Below, piece after piece: positions 58,206 to 63,920 of a stretch of DNA of 64,000 nt. The position numbers and the translations under genes are program-made. Location of the stretch: assembly GCA_003208875.1 (NCBI GenBank), contig QCUR01000002.1, forward strand, positions 244,401-308,400, read 5' to 3'. Origin of the DNA: Prochlorococcus sp. AG-679-M23 (GTDB lineage Bacteria > Cyanobacteriota > Cyanobacteriia > PCC-6307 > Cyanobiaceae). Every line of letters starts with the position of its first letter. Position 1 is the stretch's first letter. A model generated the notes under the pieces. The model was not told the DNA's origin. It made no database searches and worked only from the letters and a program-made list of their open reading frames with translations.

Positions 58206-58248
58206 TGTAGTTTAAGATACTTAGAAAATTATTATATAGATATATATT
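58206..58248 (+). promoter_or_regulatory. Candidate NtcA-activated promoter
   Basis: GTA-GTTTAAGA-TAC at 58207-58220, then 22 nt, then TATATT at 58243-58248. Confidence 0.45.
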
Positions 58249-58403
58249 TGTAATATTTAATTTAAAAACCATCTATTTATACACAGTCTAATGATTTAAT
58301 CTTTATATTTAAGGTGATAATTTGTCTCTATAATCTATAAATTTTGAACTTGAATATATGAATAAAAATATCTATTTTTATTAGAGTACATAAATTCAAA
58401 AAC

Positions 58404-58619
58404 ATGGTAGGCGTAACTAAAGATCCAACATTATTTTTACTTTTAGGGAGTATTGGACTGCTTCTCTTTGGCTCAATAGGATATGGAATATATACGACAG
58501 TTGGACCATCATCTTATAAGTTAAGAGATACAATTAAAGAGCATGCAAGATTACATGAGTTAGGTATCGCTCATGGACACAATAATCACAATCATGATGA
58601 ATCAGATCATTTTCATTAA
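58404..58619 (+). CDS. PsbN-like protein with a His-rich C-terminal extension
   Basis: TM helix followed by GYGIYTTVGPSSYKLRDTIKEH, resembling PsbN GYxxYxxFGPPSxxLxDPFEEH; tail HELGIAHGHNNHNHDESDHFH. Confidence 0.75.
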   Translation: MVGVTKDPTLFLLLGSIGLLLFGSIGYGIYTTVGPSSYKLRDTIKEHARLHELGIAHGHNNHNHDESDHFH

Positions 58620-58638
58620 AAAATAATTTTTAAAGTTT

Positions 58639-58755
58639 ATGGCACTTATTCCTTTCAAAACAACTGAAAAGCAAGGTAAACCAAATAGCAAAAGTATTTT
58701 TAGTCTTGCTTTAGTGATGACCTCATTGGTAGTTTGGATGTGCTTATTTCAATAA
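58639..58755 (+). CDS. Putative 38-aa membrane microprotein
   Basis: MALIPFKTTEKQGKPNSKSIFSLALVMTSLVVWMCLFQ, 19 nt after the psbN-like stop. Confidence 0.5.
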   Translation: MALIPFKTTEKQGKPNSKSIFSLALVMTSLVVWMCLFQ

Positions 58756-58762
58756 AAAAATT

Positions 58763-58897
58763 ATGGCTAAAAAAGAAGGAAAGGAATTAGCGACAGTAAA
58801 GGTCTATCTCAATACTGGAATAATAGCTGCATTAGTAGGTGTTGGGTTTATTGCCTCTACTTTAATTTTTGGTGTATTGGTTTTGGTTTTAAAATAA
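58763..58897 (+). CDS. Putative 44-aa membrane microprotein
   Basis: MAKKEGKELATVKVYLNTGIIAALVGVGFIASTLIFGVLVLVLK, 7 nt after the previous stop. Confidence 0.55.
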   Translation: MAKKEGKELATVKVYLNTGIIAALVGVGFIASTLIFGVLVLVLK

Positions 58898-58921
58898 AAA
58901 GAATTCAAAAATTTAAGATCT

Positions 58922-59077
58922 TTATTTAATTTCTTTAGAACTTAATAGAGGTCTTATTTTGTTTTTTAATTCCTCAAGAGGTTTTTCAATAAAATCAGGT
59001 TTTTTTAAAACTGCAAGTACAACCCATCCTGCGCTAATAGCTAGAACCATTCCTAAATAAGCGAAACCATAAATCAT
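58922..59077 (-). CDS. Cassette ORF A copy 1, 51-aa single-TM protein
   Basis: MIYGFAYLGMVLAISAGWVVLAVLKKPDFIEKPLEELKNKIRPLLSSKEIK; differences from copy 2 are at third codon positions. Confidence 0.75.
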   Translation of the reverse strand: MIYGFAYLGMVLAISAGWVVLAVLKKPDFIEKPLEELKNKIRPLLSSKEIK

Positions 59078-59088
59078 TGATACTTTAA

Positions 59089-59277
59089 TTAAGTTGATTC
59101 CAATTTTACTTCTTTTTTGACTTCCTTTTCCTGTTTAAGTTCCATCTTATTTTTAACATCTTCTTTTTCTTTATCCTCAATTATCAAATTTTTTTCTTTT
59201 CTTCCGAAATCATCTTTACCTGAAATAAAGAATATAAGTGACACTATAAAAAATAGTGCAAAAAGCAAAACTTCCAT
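59089..59277 (-). CDS. Cassette ORF B copy 1, 62 aa, N-terminal TM plus K/E-rich tail
   Basis: ORF track; paralogue at 62348-62536. Confidence 0.7.
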   Translation of the reverse strand: MEVLLFALFFIVSLIFFISGKDDFGRKEKNLIIEDKEKEDVKNKMELKQEKEVKKEVKLEST

Positions 59278-59371
59278 TAGTCAACAAATTTAACTGTCAA
59301 TATTAAATTAATTTAGAGATCTAGTTTTAATCAATATCAAATAATACAACTTGCTGTTAATTCAACTTAAA

Positions 59372-59488
59372 TCAACTATTAATTGGTCTCTTCTTATTTT
59401 TTGTTTGATACTGTAATGCAGCTTTTAAATGTTTAACTTCTTTTTCTAAGTTTTCAATTCTTTTTTCTAAATCGTCGTTACTAGTCAT
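59372..59488 (-). CDS. Cassette ORF C copy 1, 38-aa coiled-coil peptide
   Basis: MTSNDDLEKRIENLEKEVKHLKAALQYQTKNKKRPINS; heptad L/I pattern; same length in copy 2. Confidence 0.7.
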   Translation of the reverse strand: MTSNDDLEKRIENLEKEVKHLKAALQYQTKNKKRPINS

Positions 59489-59639
59489 TTAAATGTTTTG
59501 ATAAAGTACAAGTAAATAATTATATTAAAGTAATCTGCGACATAATTGATTCATTAGTGTGTTATTAAGTCCAAATGATACAAGACTCTCTCGTTTTTGT
59601 TTACAATAAGTAATATCTAGTTATTAGCTTAATACAAAA

Positions 59640-59756
59640 ATGAATTCAAACAAAGACATTCTTGACAGAGCCATAGGAAGACCAGCAATGATGGCTTTCA
59701 TGATTTTAGTCGGAACATACGTTACAACGGGTCAACTTATTCCAGGTGTTTTTTAA
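59640..59756 (+). CDS. hli: High light inducible protein-like (atypical motif), 38 aa
   Basis: MNSNKDILDRAIGRPAMMAFMILVGTYVTTGQLIPGVF with a TGQxIPG tail. Confidence 0.82.
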   Translation: MNSNKDILDRAIGRPAMMAFMILVGTYVTTGQLIPGVF

Positions 59757-59899
59757 TGGAAAATAAAAATCAGAAAAGAAACATCGATCCTCAAAAAACA
59801 AGTGCAGAGAAATTAAATGGCAGATTCGCTCTTGTTGGTGTTATCGCTTTAGTTGGTGCTTACATAACAACAGGACAAATTGTACCTGGGATCATTTAA
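59756..59899 (+). CDS. hli: High light inducible protein (multicopy/phage-related type), 47 aa
   Basis: ...AEKLNGRFALVGVIALVGAYITTGQIVPGII; TAATG overlap with the previous gene. Confidence 0.92.
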   Translation: MENKNQKRNIDPQKTSAEKLNGRFALVGVIALVGAYITTGQIVPGII

Positions 59900-59926
59900 G
59901 AATTCATTCAACCAAGATCGTCATGA

Positions 59927-59960
59927 GAGTCAGCTAGTAGGGATACGGGCTGGCTTTATT
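59927..59960 (+). terminator. Hairpin terminator after the hli pair
   Basis: GAGTCAGCT/GGCTGGCTT stem, inner GTA-GGGA-TAC with a GNRA loop, then TATT. Confidence 0.6.
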
Positions 59961-60138
59961 AATGAAGAAATTTGTTTAATTTTAGTAATGAATTATATAA
60001 TAAAAAGTTCGAATGAGGTTCGAATGGAACTAGCGTTCTCTGAACCCTTTTATTAGTTAATTCTCTTTCAATATATCGAATAGTTTTTCGAGAAGAAATA
60101 TATAGTTACAGATCACTAGGGATAAAGTTTTTTATTAT

Positions 60139-60357
60139 TTAACAACAAGAGCAACCGCTCTCAGATTCAGATTCTGGATGAATAGAAGTTAGTGCATCTG
60201 CGATATCTCTCAGCATATCTGCAACATATTCAGGAGGGCACCCAAATTTATTAACATAAGCAACACTTTGTTTCGCAATATCTGTATAGGCAGGCAAGAT
60301 CATATTATCTAGCTGCTCTTTAGTTGGTTGCCACTTTAATTCTAAATTATCTGACAT
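60139..60357 (-). CDS. Hypothetical 72-aa acidic protein with a C-terminal CSCC
   Basis: ORF track; ends in ESESESGCSCC. Confidence 0.7.
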   Translation of the reverse strand: MSDNLELKWQPTKEQLDNMILPAYTDIAKQSVAYVNKFGCPPEYVADMLRDIADALTSIHPESESESGCSCC

Positions 60358-60472
60358 CTTTGAAAGTAATATTTAATTTAGTTTAATTACTAAAAAACAA
60401 TTAACAACAAGTCTGTATAATTTTTACTTTCTAAAGTTTCTGAATTCTAATTAAGGATTGCATATTTATTTT

Positions 60473-60493
60473 TTAATATGATTATCATTTTCA
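60473..60493. promoter_or_regulatory. Zur/Fur-family box-like palindrome
   Basis: TTAATATGATTATCATTTTCA: ATGAT-N-ATCAT core, one mismatch to TNANAATGATNATCATTNTNA. Confidence 0.6.
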
Positions 60494-60532
60494 TTTTTTG
60501 TCATTAAGTAATACTCTAAAGTGAGTAAGTGA

Positions 60533-60561
60533 TTGACTTTTAGCCTTGTATTCTTTATAGT
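60533..60561 (+). promoter_or_regulatory. Sigma70-type promoter of the Cys-rich peptide gene
   Basis: TTGACT (60533-60538), 17-nt spacer, TATAGT (60556-60561); ATG follows at 60585. Confidence 0.7.
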
Positions 60562-60584
60562 TAGATTCGAATATCTAATTAATT

Positions 60585-60725
60585 ATGATTACTACCTTAT
60601 TAAAAAATATTCTTATTACTAAGATATCTATTTCTAATAAAGAGGAAGTATGTTCTGGCTGTGGATGCACTTGTCCTTGTGAGTGTAAAGATTGCGCAGA
60701 GTGCTCAACTTGTGGCGATCATTAA
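60585..60725 (+). CDS. Metallothionein-like Cys-rich peptide, 46 aa
   Basis: Manual translation MITTLLKNILITKISISNKEEVCSGCGCTCPCECKDCAECSTCGDH: 9 Cys plus a terminal His in the last 24 aa; own promoter. Confidence 0.75.
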   Translation: MITTLLKNILITKISISNKEEVCSGCGCTCPCECKDCAECSTCGDH

Positions 60726-60749
60726 AATTTATAAATCGATATATAAATA

Positions 60750-61121
60750 TCAAACAGTATTGTTTTTCTTAGCTAAATATTTCTCTGATCTCCTTAATGC
60801 TCTTATAGCGCCTTTAAAATCTCCATTATTATATTTCTCATCACTTTTTTGTTCTAATAACTTAACAATCTCATTTATTTTAGATTCATCAATTCTCAAT
60901 TTATGATCATTTATCAAGTCAAATTTAGATGCATATAAAAAGGATAATTCTTCTTTAAATTGTTTGAAAATATCTTTATCACAGAATTTCGACTTTAATA
61001 GGCATCTTAATTCCCTTTTATCTTCTATTGCCCCTTTAAAATCTCCCTCCTTAAATTTTCTTTCGCTAGACCTTGTCTGATTAACAATTTTCTCAATACA
61101 CAATTTATCTGAATTTAGCAT
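60750..61121 (-). CDS. Hypothetical protein with two TPR-like half repeats
   Basis: KFKEGDFKGAI and KYNNGDFKGAI internal repeat. Confidence 0.7.
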   Translation of the reverse strand: MLNSDKLCIEKIVNQTRSSERKFKEGDFKGAIEDKRELRCLLKSKFCDKDIFKQFKEELSFLYASKFDLINDHKLRIDESKINEIVKLLEQKSDEKYNNGDFKGAIRALRRSEKYLAKKNNTV

Positions 61122-61174
61122 TTTCTTGACTTTTGAATTAACTGAAAAAAAACTTCCATATATAAGATTTATTT

Positions 61175-61924
61175 TTAATTCTTAATTGCGTATTGCCATG
61201 AATTATATTTTGAAAAATTTGTTTCTCTAAGTAACTGCAATTTTCTGCTATTTATTTTGATAACAATTCCATCAGTTGGGTATTTAGAAAATATTTTTCC
61301 ATCTAACCATCTTTTTCTAAATAACTCGACTTGGCTTGTAAAATTTGTGAAGTAACTGTGAGGGGTCTTAAATCCACATTTTTTAAGATAGTTAAGGGTT
61401 TCATACTGGTTAAGTCTTCCATTAAGTATTTGGAAACAGCAAAAGCTGAAACTTTCTTCAATCCTTTTTTTATTGTTGAGGAATTCGCTTGTAATTTTTT
61501 GGGAAAAATAGGAAGTTTCGTTTGGGGCATAAAGCTCACCTCTAACTTGAAAATCTCGTTGGATAGGAATGCTATTGGGGACATCTTTAATCTTTTCAAT
61601 TTTGCTTGAGACATCAAATCCTTTTCTTGTAATAGCTTTATTAAACTTGCCTTTTTTATAACTAATTGCAATAGCACAACCATCGATTTTTGGTTGAATA
61701 CTCAATCTTGTATTTTTTAATAAGCTAGCTAAAAACTCTTTATAATTATCCTTAGCCAATGAAGGTAATAATAAATTGCTTCTTTGCTTAAAATAATTAC
61801 ATTGTGGATTTGTACGAAGTAAGTTTCTCTCAAGTTGATCAAATGCTTTATCAGATATAAGTGCATTTCCTATTCGATATTCTTCATCAAGATATTTAAC
61901 ATTTTTTTCTAATAGTGAACCCAT
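61175..61924 (-). CDS. NAD-dependent DNA ligase fragment: domain Ia and adenylation domain only
   Basis: YRIGNALISDKAFD, QPKIDG (motif I), VRGE, PTDGIVIK, ends at WQYAIK; no OB/Zn/HhH/BRCT domains. Confidence 0.88.
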   Translation of the reverse strand: MGSLLEKNVKYLDEEYRIGNALISDKAFDQLERNLLRTNPQCNYFKQRSNLLLPSLAKDNYKEFLASLLKNTRLSIQPKIDGCAIAISYKKGKFNKAITRKGFDVSSKIEKIKDVPNSIPIQRDFQVRGELYAPNETSYFSQKITSEFLNNKKRIEESFSFCCFQILNGRLNQYETLNYLKKCGFKTPHSYFTNFTSQVELFRKRWLDGKIFSKYPTDGIVIKINSRKLQLLRETNFSKYNSWQYAIKN

Positions 61925-62183
61925 AATATTTTTTGAATAATTGTGAAAATATTTTTGAGGAGAATTTTTACATAAGTCAAAGATTTATAGATACAAATTT
62001 GACTTTAGGAGTAAAAAAAGGGTTTCTCCATATATATTTTCTTATGAGGAGTTCACCTGAAAAGTATAAAATTAACTGATTGAGTGTTAAAAAAAAACAC
62101 TTTGATAAAACATTTTTTCAGAAGTTGATTATAAAATAAGCAATTTATTTCCAATACTAAAAATTAAGCTCCACCCCTGCGAG

Positions 62184-62336
62184 TTAATCTTCTTTAGAAC
62201 TTAATAGAGGTCTTATTTTATTCTTTAATTCCTCAAGAGGTTTTTCAATAAACTCAGGTTTTTTTAAAACTGCAAGTACCACCCATCCTGCGCTAATAGC
62301 TAGAACCATTCCTAAATAAGCAAAACCATAAATCAT
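62184..62336 (-). CDS. Cassette ORF A copy 2, 50 aa
   Basis: MIYGFAYLGMVLAISAGWVVLAVLKKPEFIEKPLEELKNKIRPLLSSKED. Confidence 0.75.
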   Translation of the reverse strand: MIYGFAYLGMVLAISAGWVVLAVLKKPEFIEKPLEELKNKIRPLLSSKED

Positions 62337-62347
62337 TGATACTTTAA

Positions 62348-62536
62348 TTAAGTTGATTTCAATTCTACTTCTTTTTTGACCTCCTCTTTCTATTTAAGTT
62401 CCATCTCATTTTTAACAGCTTCTTTTTCTTTATCCTTAAGTATTAATTTTTTTTCTTCTCTCCCGAAATCATCTTTACCTGCAATAAAGAATATAAGTGA
62501 CACTATAAAAAATAGTGTAAAAAGCAAAACTTCCAT
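62348..62536 (-). pseudogene. Cassette ORF B copy 2 with a premature stop (48 aa instead of 62)
   Basis: CAG of copy 1 is TAG at 62392-62390; the frame continues to the ancestral TAA at 62350-62348. Confidence 0.7.
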
Positions 62537-62628
62537 TAGCTAAGAAATTTAATTATCAATCTCAAATTAATTTAGAGATCTGATTTTAATCAACATCAAA
62601 TAATACACCTTGCTGTTCATTTAACTAA

Positions 62629-62745
62629 TCAACCAGTAGTAGATTTCTTTTGATTTTTTGTTTGATACTGTAACGCTGCTTTTAAATGTTGCACTTCTTT
62701 TTCTAAGCTTTCAATTCTTTTTTCTAAATCTTTGTTGCTAGCCAT
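62629..62745 (-). CDS. Cassette ORF C copy 2, 38-aa coiled-coil peptide
   Basis: MASNKDLEKRIESLEKEVQHLKAALQYQTKNQKKSTTG. Confidence 0.7.
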   Translation of the reverse strand: MASNKDLEKRIESLEKEVQHLKAALQYQTKNQKKSTTG

Positions 62746-62812
62746 TTAAAAGTTTGGATAAAGATTAATCAGTAAGCAATCCTAAGGATAAATGATACTT
62801 AAAAAAAGTTTT

Positions 62813-63226
62813 TTAATTAAAAGGGGAGGTGTTATTAGTAGGAGCTATTAATAGGATTTCAAAGATAATTCCAGTTAAGGCTATTGGTAATACCCAGATA
62901 CCAATAAACCTATGATCAAAAAATCTTAAATGATCACTACCTTTAAAAACATTTTTTAAAGAAGTGTATAGAGTTTCTGGTTGTTTATAAGAGGGACCTG
63001 TTTTTGATGGTGAATAAGGTTTTATAAAAGCAGATGATGCATAGAACTTTGAAATATTATTTATAAAAAAAATAGGCAAAACCCAAATGGCAACAAATCT
63101 ACCTCCTAACCACTGTCTTGCGTTAGGAAGAGAATACTCTTTGATAGATTTATTTTCTGGCATTCCAGATTCTAAATCCTTATAAATATTTTCTAAAGTC
63201 TTTTTTTTGCTTGAGTTACTTGTCAT
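62813..63226 (-). CDS. Hypothetical membrane protein with an internal repeat
   Basis: RFVAIWVLPI and RFIGIWVLPI repeat. Confidence 0.65.
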   Translation of the reverse strand: MTSNSSKKKTLENIYKDLESGMPENKSIKEYSLPNARQWLGGRFVAIWVLPIFFINNISKFYASSAFIKPYSPSKTGPSYKQPETLYTSLKNVFKGSDHLRFFDHRFIGIWVLPIALTGIIFEILLIAPTNNTSPFN

Positions 63227-63482
63227 TTAAAGTTCTAATAGGTAAATATTTTATGAATTTAAATCTTTAATAAAAATATTCCTAACTACTAAAATAACTA
63301 AAAAGCAGTTAAGAATATTTCCTTTGGCTAGGTTCATAAAGACGGATTTTATACCGTTGCAGATTCGCCAAATATCTACATACACTTTATAAATAAAAAA
63401 CTATTTTTTTTAAAGTAAATAATATACAATCATATGAATAATATTTAATTATAAAAGTAATTTTTTAATACAAGCTTTTTTA

Positions 63483-63644
63483 GAGAGAACTTCAGATACA
63501 AGAACTAGTGTTTTCTTAGATCCAATTGTGGATGCTCAAACAAAATCTGAGGATGAATTTGCTCACATATTAGGAAAAGTTAAATTTGCAGCGAATCAGC
63601 CTTCTGCAATACTTTTAATTGATAGCGATTTAAAGAAAAAATAA
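63483..63644 (+). pseudogene. Ferritin 3' fragment
   Basis: ERTSDTRTSVFLDPIVDAQTKSEDEFAHILGKVKFAANQPSAILLIDSDL resembles the picocyanobacterial ferritin C-terminus; in-frame TGA at 63435 and no ATG. Confidence 0.75.
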
Positions 63645-63920
63645 ATTTCTTTGTATTTTTGTTTGAGCAATAGTTCTTTTACATTTCTCAACTAATAAAC
63701 TAGAAAAACTAATATTTTCATTATTTCTATTTTTTAATACTATTGATATTGAAGATATCTCATTTAATCTTTGCGAGATATTTTTATTTTCATAAAATAG
63801 TCTATCTCGCAATCCTACATGTGAAGTGTTGAAATAAGCTTGATGAATATTCGTTATCCTGTAACTTAATGAGTCAACTTCCATTAGTAAGTTATTGATT
63901 ATTGATTCGGATCTAAACAT
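63630..63920 (-). CDS. Hypothetical protein (ATG at 63920 preferred; the track starts at GTG 63965)
   Basis: MFRSESIINNLLMEVDSLSYRI..., 96 aa, helical character. Confidence 0.65.
   Translation of the reverse strand: MFRSESIINNLLMEVDSLSYRITNIHQAYFNTSHVGLRDRLFYENKNISQRLNEISSISIVLKNRNNENISFSSLLVEKCKRTIAQTKIQRNLFFL

Larger units (their letters stand above)
58931..59506. repeat. Direct repeat copy 1 (three-microprotein cassette)
   Basis: Aligns by eye along its whole length with 62190-62763. Confidence 0.95.
62190..62763. repeat. Direct repeat copy 2 (three-microprotein cassette)
   Basis: Aligns with 58931-59506 at an offset of about 3259 nt. Confidence 0.95.

Noticed and set aside
60007..60026. 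GGTTCGAAT resembling a tRNA T-loop
   Set aside because: No T-stem, acceptor stem or cloverleaf; no tRNA gene recognised anywhere in the window
60585..60725. Cys-rich peptide as a lanthipeptide/prochlorosin precursor or ferredoxin
   Set aside because: No Nif11-type leader or double-Gly cleavage site, no modifying enzyme in the window, and the Cys spacing does not fit 4Fe-4S ferredoxins; cannot be fully excluded
60661..60906. 81-aa plus-strand ORF in the track
   Set aside because: It is a different frame over the Cys-rich peptide and antisense to the TPR-like gene; the frame starting at 60585 has the promoter and the coherent motif
61303..61683. 126-aa alternative-frame ORF, plus an antisense 92-aa ORF, inside the ligase fragment
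   Set aside because: No motifs; fully nested in a gene with clear ligase motifs
63251..63385. 44-codon minus-strand GTG-start ORF
   Set aside because: Weak start, no motif and no paralogue support
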